A stretch of DNA of 64,000 nucleotides from Psilocybe cubensis. Lineage: Eukaryota. Positions 37,574 to 49,428 of this stretch are shown here, piece by piece. The position numbers were made by a program, and so were the translations under genes. The DNA is taken from NCBI GenBank assembly GCA_017499595.2, contig CM039001.1, positions 3,100,001-3,164,000 on the forward strand, written 5' to 3'. Position 1 is the stretch's first letter, and each line of letters opens with the position of its first letter. Under the pieces are notes generated by a model. That model ran no database searches, was not told the origin of the DNA, and worked only from the letters and a program-made list of their open reading frames with translations.

Positions 37574-40236
37574 CCCTGAGAGAAGAGAGAAAAAGGGATG
37601 TTGGTGTTGGTTTTGGGTACGAAATTCAATACAAGTGCACAATGGTTTGTGGGTCGGAGCTGCGAGATGCGAGTCTGAGGGTGTCATGCGACTCTGGAGA
37701 ATTTTGAGTTTTGAATTTTGAATTCTGTTTTTTGAGCCCTGGATTTGTTTTTGCGAGGGTGTTGGAAACTTGGAATTGAATGTTGAATATTGAATGTGTA
37801 TCGAATGAATGGGATTGCATGGTAGCCAATCAGCGAATCGAATCGAATGAATGGATGGATGGATAGATAGATATCGAGGTCCATACCCCATCTTCCGAGT
37901 CAGTATGTACAATATCTCTAAATCTCTAAATGTCTAAGTCTCCAGTAAAATCGAAAAGAAGCCAAACATTGAATATTGAATACTGAATATCGACATGCAA
38001 TTCAAAAATACGACAAAAAGCAACAAGACGTTTATGATCTATAAATAGATCAACGTTTTTTTTAAATTTAACTTAGGTTCCAGCTGAGCGCGCGCGTCAT
38101 AGGTTTACACGGTATGATCGACCCGTGTACGGGGGTAATTTAGTGTTGCCTTGCATGGAAGGAGATGGGGGTTCGGTACCGCGATGCGTGGGTCTTTTGT
38201 GCTGCTGTAGTATGTACGAGGATGTGCTATTTTCGTTGGATGATGCCCCCGTGTTGAAGGCGTGTCGCGCGAGGACCAGGGTGAAGGACAATTGGTGTAG
38301 GGTTTATTGTCTGTCAAGTGAAGAGGTTATTGTTATTGTTTGTCGAGTGCGATTGTGCGATTGTGCGTTGGAAGTGCATTGGCCGGCGGCTAATTGTTGA
38401 TAAGCGCTTGGGCGCTTCGTTAGGAATTTTTGATATTTTGGGAAGGTGGATGCTCGGCCCGGGAGGAGGGTCCGGGCGCTAGCGGGTTAATTTGGCAACG
38501 TGATTTGTGTGCGGGTGTCAATGTGATTTGTGGGTGGGTGTCAATGTGTGTGCGTGGGTGGGCTGTTGAGAGGGTCCAAGGAGGGTGGTTAAGAACTCTG
38601 AGATCGGGATCGGGGTGGTGGGTGCCTATCTTGTTTGGCCGTGGCTTACAGTGGGTTGCGGTACCGAGAGGAACTTTGTGTAATGCGGAGGTTTAAGTAC
38701 TTGTTAACTTTGGACTTGGGTGGCTGAATGGTACCGTTAATGGACAATGTCAACGGGGGTGAGGTAGGATAGATCAACCCTCGAAATCAAAGTACGCGCT
38801 ACGCGTCGAGTCTCATTAAGTGGGCACTTGCTTTGATGGTGTTCTAATTGATTTCTGAAGCAGTAAGTATCATAATATCATATCGTACGCATCGTTTGAT
38901 CTGGGATTGTAACTGGTGCGCTGGTGTATTGGAATTGAACTGATGCATATTGGCCCCTGGGGGACTCTGTGCTCACGAGGCGAGGACGGAGGCTGATGCA
39001 TGATGGGGCACCGGAGCCGGTGCGGGTGCTGGACCAACTTACCAAGGCTCGAGCACGGACGGAACGGTGTTGACCCCCATTTCTGAGATCTACTAATGAT
39101 ATGAAGTGATGACTTGAATGAGATCTGTGAAGACTTAGACAATAAGCGAAGTGTGAGCTCGGTCCTTTCAACTTGAAGGTCACATCGCGGGCGGCGGAAG
39201 CACTTTTTCCCTCCTCCTTCTTTTCGAAACTTTGGGGTTTGAAACTCTTTGAGAGTTTGAATGGGTGAATGGGTGGATTAGATAGAATCCGTCTGTGTAG
39301 ATCTGTGTCGGATGGTTCGAGGTATAGATTATATCGCTTTCCTGCATGTATCTTCGTGTTTTGAACATTGTACTCGGTTTCTGGATCGCCACTTCACAGT
39401 GTCTCTTTGAGAGAGAATTATGCCACTGTCTGCGTAGTAATGGATTAAGTGAAGTGTTGATTTTGTAGGCAGTGGAGGCAAGTTAGTAGCAGCTTGGTAG
39501 TATGCCGTAGCAAGCCAAGCGAGCCTCAATAAATTCGGATAGCCCACGATTCGTGGGAATAATACAGAGACGCGTTCAGTCGCGTCACGGCTCACGCGCA
39601 CGTTCTTCTGGTGCCTCATCTCGTTCACGGTTCGCTGCTACTCTGACTCAGGGGATCACCACTTGATTCCATATCCACAATATCAGCTTTATGACCTATC
39701 GCTTGCTCCAATACGTGAAGATTTCGTGATTAGACCTGCAATTTCTAAATTCAATCGTTCAAAATTAGAAGCGTAGGTCGGGTTGAACAGATCTGATCGA
39801 AATTCCAACTTGCAGACTCGACATATAGTGAATGTGGCTGACATTTGGAATAGAATGATCGTAAGGCATTGAACATTCAATCTACTTTTCCACACAAACT
39901 CCTTCCCCTAGTCGTAACCAGACACACTGGAGCGTTGAAAAGATATACGTTTGTTCAACCATAAAGTTTCTAACCTTTTTTTCAAATAGAAGAATATCAC
40001 AGTAGAAGAATTCTCGACACACATGAAGGATTCCGATGGAAGGTGATCGAGCCTCATCGATCGAGGTGCGCAACCATTCAGCCTAGCCAGATTTTCTAGC
40101 GGCGGCTGACACGAATTTTCCTATCCAAGGGTCCTCGAAAAACGTATATAAACCATGCTACTTCCCCATAATTTCTCATCACCAGCACATCAACAAAGCA
40201 TCGAATACAACCTTCTATACAAAGCAGCTCTTCTGG

Positions 40237-42173
40237 ATGTCGCGCGCCTGCGTGGCATCCCCCTTGTCAGGTTGGGGAAACCTGCATCTTTTCCACCATG
40301 TTAATCCCCCTGGACCGATGTTGACGGCCGCTACCCTCCTTGGAGGGATGTCGCTCGCCGGCGTTCCCAGTGTCAGGCGATATATCCCGGTTTCTATACA
40401 TCGCTCGCCCACTGCGCTGGCTAGAATTTCTCCCATGGGGTTCCTCGTCGTCGAAGTGGGAGTTTCATATTTCGAATGGCTCAATACCATCTCCAAGCCA
40501 TTCAACGAACCGTTTTATACCAATACCGATATCAATACCAATACCACATCCGACAACTATATAATCCCCCCTCCTCCCCTTTTTACGCACACCAAGGACA
40601 TCATCCCTCTTCCTCCCAAAGCACTCTCGAACCCTTCTCGTATTACAAAAGATCTAGTATTTGTCGGCCATGCTCCTACTTGCAGATGGGCGTACAGTCG
40701 CGACCCTATCGACAGCGACGACCAGCCGGGGCTCCGCCGGTCTGCGCGTATAGCATCTGCTGTTCTGGCTGCACGCGAGACTGCGACCAGGACGACCTCT
40801 GCACCCAACGCCCGCCCCGCCTGCGGAAGAGGTGAGCAATTACGGACTATTTTTATCCGAGGTTGTAACTGACTCAATTGTCTAGCACCGTTTGTTATGA
40901 ATGGTGGTCGTCGTGGTGGGGCTAGTGGAGGAGGAGGGTCAGGCCCAGGTGGAGCCGGCGCGCGAAATGGTATGTTTTTTTTTTTTTTTTTTGAATCTGC
41001 TGGGAGTAATTTGATATTGATCTCGTGTACCAGGCGCTACCTCTGGACGTCGTGGCAGGCGTCGAGGAGCTGCGGGCGCACCGGCACCCAGCCCTCCCAA
41101 CCCCCCTTCCACTCAGTTCGATGACGATGGCTCAGACCCCGACGATGACCCAGAGGAGGTGGGCTGGGTATATTTTTTCTTTTTCGCCGTTTTGTCTACC
41201 CTCGTTGGGATCGGTTCGATGCCCAAGGTCAAGCCGCCCACAACACATATCGATGAGTTTAACGGTGATTTGGTGGTCTCCAAGCCTGTCACACACCCCT
41301 TCTCCAGAATCACTCGTATGGATATGACTTCGTTTCTTCTATTCTTCATTTTATGCGGACCTGGCTCAGAGAGAAGGGTATAGTCTTTTCTCATGTTGTG
41401 AATCTGATTCTGAGTTGCTAATTGGTCGATTTTCAATCTTACAGCGTGCAAACATGGCCCATTTCCTAAATCTCCAGGACTACAACATCAACAACTTTAT
41501 CTTGCAACCCGAAAATCATTCTATTTCTATCCAACACATGGACCAATCTGTTTCCACAACCACCCCCGACACTGCTGAGGACATCGTCAAGTCTGTTCCA
41601 GCTGCCACTGAAAACCACGACAACAATGGATACTCTTTTGCTTCCGACCATGCCTTTTACGCCGACTCCGAGCCGTCGGGTTCCAACATCGAGGCGGATC
41701 TCTCCCTCGCCTTGACTAAGACCTGCGAACAGGCTGTTGAGGAGGAATCCGTTGTTCTCGACGGCGCAGTCACTCGTTGGAAGGGCAAGGGAAAGGCGAT
41801 CGCTGGTATGGACGGGGCTGTCCTTGATTCTGCCTCGGTAAGCAATTTCGCCTGTTGTCATTCGCACATCAGCTCACTTCTCTTTTCTTAGGTCACTGAG
41901 CTCGAAGACGCCGTCAACTCTGAACATGTCAGCACCTTCAGCCGCCTCTACGTGCCCGTCTACAAGTACCGCCGCACCTACCCCAAGACCATCACCGTTT
42001 TCGCCCAGGCCGACAACCCCGCACAGGCCTTCGTCCACTTCCACCTCCCCAACCACCACTCCAACAACCGCGTCATGGCGGTCGACCTTTCTCGCCGCAA
42101 GATCCCCTTCCTTGCTAAGAGAATCGCGACCGCCAGCGACGGGGACGTTGTCGAGGGTGAGGGAGATGGTTGA
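40237..42173 (+). CDS. Orphan 5-exon protein with hydrophobic segments, copy B (paralog of 2289-4116)
   Basis: Four GT-AG introns join ORFs 40237, 40897, 41159, 41415 and 41952 in frame. TATATAAA near 40146. Confidence 0.78.
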
Positions 42174-42189
42174 AGATTGATGAGGGGTC

Positions 42190-42317
42190 AGTAGATGAAC
42201 TTTGTTCGTCCTGCCTTTGTCTATCTTCGAAGTTGATGAGGGCCTGTGTACCCGAGGACGTACGATGTGATATTGGTAGTAGATGAACTTTGTTCGTCCT
42301 GCCTTTGTCTATCTTCG
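42190..42317. repeat. Exact 40-bp direct repeat just after the copy B stop codon
   Basis: AGTAGATGAACTTTGTTCGTCCTGCCTTTGTCTATCTTCG at 42190-42229 and 42278-42317. Confidence 0.93.
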
Positions 42318-42789
42318 TCTCTTGGGCATTTTTTTTTTCTTTCGGCCTTGGTTTCGTATACGGTGCTTGGTTTTTCGGGTGGTTGCGGCGCGCGCGGCTC
42401 AGGGTTCAGTGGTGGCTGGCATCTTATTCGGCGACAGCTCAGCGCCAGGATTTTGGTTTGGTTTCCTTCAGTGGACAGGTTTCGGTGGGTTGTTGGACTA
42501 TGGGTTTGTTGGATGGGGCTGGGTGGGTTTCCCGGTGAAACAGCCGTCTGACGAGATGGCTCGTTCTCACCTTCGCAGCCTTGTTGCGGGGGACGTGCAC
42601 TGACGAGTGCGCTTCCTCTGGCAACACTGCGATTTTCGGGGGGTACGATGGTTGGGCTCAGCACTGACGAGTGCTGTCCCTTCCCTGAGTGCCTTCCCCC
42701 CACACATATCAGCCCTTTGATCGGTTTTTGGACGCTTCTATTTGCATGGACACGCCTTGGCTCTTTGGTTCCGGACACATCTTCTCCTC

Positions 42790-42940
42790 TCTGCACGGTA
42801 TTCTTTCTCTATTTGCACAATATTCCCTTCCCATCTGCACAGTATCTGTTCCCTTCTCCATTTTCACAGTATTCCCTTCCCATTTGCACAGTATTCCCTT
42901 CCCATTTGCACAATATCCCCTTCTCCATTTGCACAGTGAA
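42790..42940. repeat. Degenerate ~22-bp minisatellite (CCCATTTGCACAGTATTCCCTT), ~6-7 units
   Basis: Units are directly visible. Confidence 0.9.
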
Positions 42941-43574
42941 TCATCTCTATATTGGACATCATCATCATATCATATTTCTCCTACATTGCACAGATCATAT
43001 TATAGGACTTTGGATCATGGACCATTCTATCTAGCTCGTTACACCAGTCTCTTGTAAAAACATAAAAACCCATACATAGTTTGCTCGAAAATATATTTAT
43101 TTAAAAGTTTCTTTCAAGTTTTTGGATCTTTTCTCTCATGATTATCTTCTTTTTTCGAGGTTCTTTTACCTTACCGGCTTGAGTGTCACTTCTGTGTTCG
43201 GACAGACAGCAGCGTTACACTCGTGCTAGCAACATGTGCGCCTACTGTGTCTAAAAATAGCCTATCTCGAGCGCTTAGCACTTTTCCGTCCGAGTCAGCA
43301 TAAAATGCTCTCTCGAGCGACAACTCCAACGTCTACTACATCATAACTGAACTTTTGAATATACTCTAAAGCCGTAACTCTAGGCGGCGACCGATGCCTG
43401 TCCGAAACGAAACCCGTCAACAAGAAAGTTTATTTCTGATTTGCAACCAAAGGTTAATAATTAAGCTTCGTGACAAACGAAAAAAACGAGTCACTTGACA
43501 GTCCAGCGAGCATATATAAAGAGGGAAACATCTGGTCTCAATTTTATCCTCCCATTTCAAGCCAACAAGCAGAC

Positions 43575-44320
43575 ATGGCTCGTACTAAATGCTTCGCGCA
43601 CAAGTCCACTAGTGGTATGTATTCCTTTCTACTGCATCGCAATCTTTTTTGTTATATGATATGTTAATTCTGATCTTTCCACCTACATAGGCAAGAAGCC
43701 CAGGTCGAGCGGATCAGAGCCAATGTCGAGTGGATCAGAACCCAAGTCGAGTGAATCACCACCACCCAAGGTCAAAAAACCGATTGTCGAGTCTACTGGC
43801 CGTCGGACAAATTCCGATTCTCGTTGGGCGCGTAAAACAGTGAGTAGAGTTTTTTTTTTTCACGATGCCGACACATTTTGACGGCGACTGTCTGCAAGGT
43901 TAACCAAAATCGTCCTGATCCATCAAAGGTCGTGACAGCCAGAAAAATGGCCAACAAGCGTCGTTTCCGTCCCGGGACCGTCGCCCTTCGCGAGATACGG
44001 CAATATATGAACTCCACCGAACTGTTGATACGGAAACTACCTTTCCAACGACTGGTCCGGGAAATCGCAACTCATTTCAAGGTAGGAGTTTTTTCTTAAA
44101 AAAATGCTCTTCCTTCCTGATACAACGTGTCCAGCCCGATCTTCGTTTCACGCCCACCGCGTTACTTGCCCTTCAAGAGGCTACAGAAGACTACATCGTC
44201 AGTGTATTTGAGGACACAAATATGGCCGCCATTCATGCCAAACGGGTGACGATAATGAAAAGGGACTTGTTTCTTGCTCGCAGAATCCGAGGGGACTTGA
44301 CAAGGTTTGGGATGGCATGA
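43575..44320 (+). CDS. Divergent histone H3 variant with an extended N-terminal tail (~185 aa)
   Basis: Exons 43575-43614, 43691-43839, 43899-44081 and 44135-44320 give [18 protein letters not shown]...[109 protein letters not shown] at 43513. Confidence 0.92.
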
Positions 44321-44687
44321 GTAAAATAAAATGTGTTGTAGTGCATCAGAGGGTTGGGGAAATTATTGCAACAAAATGTATTGGCATATAATATACACCG
44401 ACCCAAAAAAATACAGTGTGAGAATGAGAATGAATGACAGAATCGTGTATATTGGTCTAAAAAATCACCCTAAACTAGCATCTGAGTATCGAAACAGCCC
44501 TGCTAATGAAAACCCATGAAGTGGTTGCACAATGAAAAAGGAAGGTCAGTGAGCGTGTTTAGTACAAATGAGGGAAAAAGAACACAAATAATGAAGATGT
44601 AACAATGATAGTCCCCGCAATCATGTGGAACCATGGCAAGGCTGGCACGAATAAGAAGCCTAGGCCCACCATGATTGCTGGAAATCG

Positions 44688-47600
44688 TCATGAATAAAAA
44701 CCGTTTGAGTCGTTTGATGCTACTGATGCATTTGGAGAAGTGCTTTGCTCGTCTGCATCGACGGGTTTTGAGAACCCGTTTTCCTCTGCTTTAATGGCTT
44801 TCGAAGCTGTTGATGTAGAGGGACTACATGTCTGCAAAGAGTCATCGGTATGCTCCAGGTTGATGGGTGGCGTGGATCGCTTTTGTTGCATGCCGGACTC
44901 CCGGTATTTGGTCTTGGTCTCTGGTGTGCTGGGCTTCGGCGTCGAATCTAAAGAAATATTAACAGATATAAAACCGTTGCATGAGCTGTTATAAGAAGAA
45001 TGTTGCATACCATCTGTTAACGCAGATACGTTAGGACTTGACGACATATTTGGCAGATAATAAGCTAACCTTGATCCATTTCTATACTCGTCCTGGTCTC
45101 AAAGGAACTGCGAGCGGTGTCAAAAGATGTTGATCTCGAATTCTGACCCGATGTTGATATATTAGAAGACCTGCTCCTGGGCCTATCTGGGACCATGAAC
45201 GAGGAAGATAGCGGAGACGGTGGGACATTTGAGAGATTGTGACTTGTCCCAGAAGATGATGCTAATGCAAGAGCGGCAGCATTGTCCTCTAAGGCACTGG
45301 TCGATCGTCGCGTTGATGATGAACTAGGCGAGGGGCGTTCTTTGACTGGTACATGAAGTTTTTCTGCGACATTCCTGGCTTGGGCTTCAAGGCCACTCGA
45401 CACCGAGCGCACTCCATCCGGTCGGAGGTCTGCCCACATCTGTAGAGCCTTAATTGAACCCCATTCAATGATCTTGTTGTTTAGCCACAATAATGACACA
45501 GGCTTTGTTAGGAAATCATTGCAACCAGCTGCTAGTGCAGCTACACGATCGGTCTGGAGAGACGATGCAGTAAGAGCCACGATGATAACGGATGACCGAT
45601 ACGGGGAATTGAAGGATCGCGTCTCTGAGGTTGATGAAGCTCCAGAGGAAATTGAAGTATTTCCTTCATCTGTCATGGTTGGCGATAATGGGGGGTATCC
45701 TGACGCGGCGTTCAACTTTTCCAAACGCCTGATCTCTTTTGTCGCCTGAATGCCATCCATGATTGGCATTTGAATATCCATCTGACGACATTCGTTACAA
45801 TGAGTAGAGATAACAGATACAGCATAGAAATGACAAACTCACCAAAATCAAATGGAACCCTCCTGTGCGCCACTTTTGCACTGCTTCTTGCCCATTACTA
45901 GCTAAATCATATTTGATCCTTTTCCGCCGCATGAAGGTCGACAGAATCGTTTGATTGATGGGGTTATCTATGTTGACACCGTAAGAGAGGAGGAAGAGAG
46001 AGAACCAAAGAATATTCTTACCGTCAACAATGAGTACACTAATTGGAGGAACAACATTATCAGAACCCATTACTTTCCCCTTTTGCTTAGCCCCTGCCAC
46101 AGGAGTCCCGTCCTTGGTTTCACTGCGTTTGGCTGTTCGCCGTATAGATGGTGTGCCCTCGGTAGGCGCACTACCAGCTGATGCAAGTTTACGGATCTCA
46201 TCGCTGGCTTTTCGAGGCACAGGAGAAAGGATACTAGCTGCAAAAGAAGGTTGTTCGCGCTGATCCTCGGTTGACCTGTTAGGCGAAGGGTCCATAGTCG
46301 AACTACTAGCCACTGGTTTGGCTTCCTCCTGACCAGCCAACTGATGTGCTTCGTGCAAAGACGAGAAAGACACATTGTCATCCTTTTTCCCGTCCGAAGA
46401 AACCCGAGATACTGATACTCTGCGAGGACCAGGGACGACAAGCTGCCCTTTGTCTCGTTCCATGGAATGAGTTACTGGGTGTTTGCTTCCTGATTTACTT
46501 CGAGGGTGGAAATAAATTCCTGCGGTCTGTCCATCAGGACTTTGGATTACAAGGCCTGATGACGGAGAAGTTCCCAGTTTCTGTGCCGCGACGGAGAAGT
46601 ATTCAACATTATCGGGCAAAGCAAGAGGTGAGGGTGGTAGAATGGACGGCCCGTTTCCAACGCTATCACTGGATCGCGCAGAACGATCTGAGTTGTTACG
46701 TGCACTTCCAGCCGGCCTGCTCAAGTTTTTCACCAATGGAGACTGGGCTTGAGAAGAGGGATTGCTATCTGGATTGGGCCCAATATTGCTGTGCTCACTG
46801 AGAGCAGGAGAGAAGAAAGATCCCGATGCGTTGGGTGTACCAGGGCTCATTGGAGACGTCGCGATTGGCATGAACAATGGATCGACAATGGGTTTAGTGA
46901 CAGCGGTGTGTAGTGCAGTCAAAAAGCGACGAGGCCCCGCAGGTTTGGGTATGATCATGACTTCGGGTAGGGGTGTAGAGGTAACAGCATACGAATGCAT
47001 GATAGATTGCATGACATCTCTCACCAACTTGTAGTTCGATAAGCTCGTAAAGTGCATTATCACCACTGGCGGTGACCGCATAAAGTTGCTCTGAAAGGTT
47101 GCGAGACGAGCCATGGCTGGAGAGGATTTAGGGCGATGGTTGGATGATAACGACGGCCGCTTTCTAGAGTTGTTGACCATAGTTGGCTGGTTTTCGAATC
47201 GAAGAGCCTGCAGGCGCTCTTTCAGAATATCGATATCGTCATCAATGAAGATGAAGTTTGGAGTCGCAGGTACAGGGGCACTGGTATCAGGCTTAATTTG
47301 AAGATTTGGGATGGTATCTCCTGCATATGTAGGCAGAAGTGGACTCTGAGAAGTTAGAAGTGATTCTTCTTGCCCGGATGGAGTTGCATCCGTTAGTCCA
47401 TCCACTTGGCCGTCTGGCGACACATGCGTGACATCCATACCCCATGCAGTCAAATAGCTCGTCAAATGATGTGCGAAGGAACCTTTTGCGCTGGCATAAA
47501 GCTTCACTTTCCTACCCTTCAAAGTCTCTCCGAATGAAGAAAGCTGCTCTAGAGTAGGTTCTGGGTTAACACCATCGTCAAACGGCTGAAGGGGAATCGG

Positions 47601-48988
47601 CTGTGCTGGCACAGGAGCTCGATTGAGAACCATTTCGAGATCACAAGTACGACCACTAGTAAACGCTTCTGGGGGAGGAAGGTCCGCAGTTAACTTGCCA
47701 TCGATCTGCTTGAGAATACGTCGCAAAAGAAGAGTAGAGAAGGTCGGCTGTACTCTTGTCTCAGTGGTTACAACATCATGTGGACGATCTGTATCTTGAT
47801 GCGTGTCCAAAGGAGCGTACTTGTGTGAGATTCGGAGCTTGACCTTGACGGGACCATTGGATTCCAGAGGCGCGGCGCTGAGCATGTCGTCTACAGGAGG
47901 ACTTTCCGTAGGGCCGTCGTGGTCTGCCAATGAGTTTGATACAGCACTGACGAGAAGTCCAATCTCAATAGAATCCCCTCGCTCTGCAGTGTTTAAAACT
48001 TGACGAACAACCTATAACAGAAAAGACATAATGAGAGGTTTAATATGATAGTAGCAAGCCAACAATCTGTACCTACATGAGACAGTGCGAATGATATCCC
48101 GCTTTCGTTTCCGGAAACATAAACATGCTTCAAGCCTACATCTCCGTGATAGAGGACCAGATCAACTCCTGCATGAGCTGCAGCACCACTCAAGGCATCG
48201 CCTACGCACTGCAGCATTTCTCCAATGTCAAACTCGTTGTCGGTATCAACTTTTGTGATAGTTGGGATGGGGGAAGGGGGATTTTCTTGACCCATAGGAC
48301 GAGAAGTGCTGGCACTCGCTTGTTCACACAAGGCAGACATATTTGCGGATATGTAATTAATGTTTTTCATCGCTGTGAACATGGCGGACATAGATGAAGT
48401 CGGGACTGACAGTGCGCATGCTGAGAACTGCTCTTTCGCTGGATCCAAAACCTGTGGGGGGGATATCTGAAGCATGGTCTGGATAACCAACTGGATCGAA
48501 TCCGCCAATTCTACAGAGACTTCCCGGACTTGATCATCTTGTGACGAGCGTGAAAGGGACGATGTTTTGTAAGAGTCAGATCGACCTGGCCGGTGTGGGT
48601 TCTGAAGCTGACTGAGCTGCGAAGGCAGGGGCATGGAGAGGGCTCGAGATATGCCAGGCGCTGGGACGTCAGCAAATGACCTCATAGGTACTTGAGCGGT
48701 GGGCGACGTCGGTGGAGGCGCGACTTTCCAAGTAGGACTAGTAGTATTCCCTGCTACATCCTCTGCTTCTGAATCGTGCTGTTCATCGTCTGAGGAATTG
48801 GTTATTGGCGGCAGCGTAGAGCGCGACTGCTGCAGACCCTCCATGACAGTGTTTCGATGGCCTTCTGATGGAGCGTACGATACACCGAATTTGCTTCTTG
48901 CCGGAAGCTCAAGAGAAACGCCTTCTTGGATGAGGATTTCGCCTTCTGCTGTCATGCGCACGGCTGGGAGTGTGTGGGGGCCCGCCAT
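44688..48988 (-). CDS. SSK1: Fungal response regulator, Ssk1/Mcs4 type
   Basis: Receiver domain VPPISVLIVD|DNPINQ...GGFHLIL|MDIQMP...IVALTAS...GCNDFLTKPV...IIEWG. N-terminal region FDIGEMLQCVGDALSG...VDLVLYHGD and PKPAGPRR. Confidence 0.9.
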
Positions 48989-49428
48989 GACTTGCCTTGC
49001 GCGAGAACAACCAAGATGTGTGAAACCAGGCTATAAAAGCCCAAATTCGTGGGCCCAGCTGTGCGTTGAGACGCGACAGAAGAGTAAATAGATAGACGTG
49101 ACTCCAAGCTATGCAGTCTGTATGTGAAAAGGAGGGTGTACAGAGGGTTATAAGCGATGGAGGAGGTTCAATCACAGACTGATGTCAAGGACGACAAGAG
49201 GAGTATAGGTCGAGGAGGGGCTCCATTTCAAACCGCAACAAACACAACTATTCATCTTGCTCATTATTTTTTCAACTGATTCATTTACTCGCAATTTATT
49301 TCAATATATACACAATGACCCATAGTCACAAAGTACTTGCGTGCAGACGCAGAAAAGGTAAAACTATCGACAGGTAGAAGAAAAGTTTTGAGCTATGCCG
49401 CGACGAACACTGTCTCATCATAACCCCA

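Noticed and set aside
42535-42680. Three CTGACGAG words resembling a hammerhead ribozyme core (also at ~1460-1470, minus strand)
   Set aside because: No stem II followed by GAAA and no consistent stems I and III could be built. Kept only as a conserved motif.
43197-43406. Imperfect 12-bp inverted repeat (TTCGGACAGACA / TGCCTGTCCGAA) as a MITE upstream of the H3 variant
   Set aside because: Short, imperfect and without an evident target-site duplication; not supportable without a genome search.
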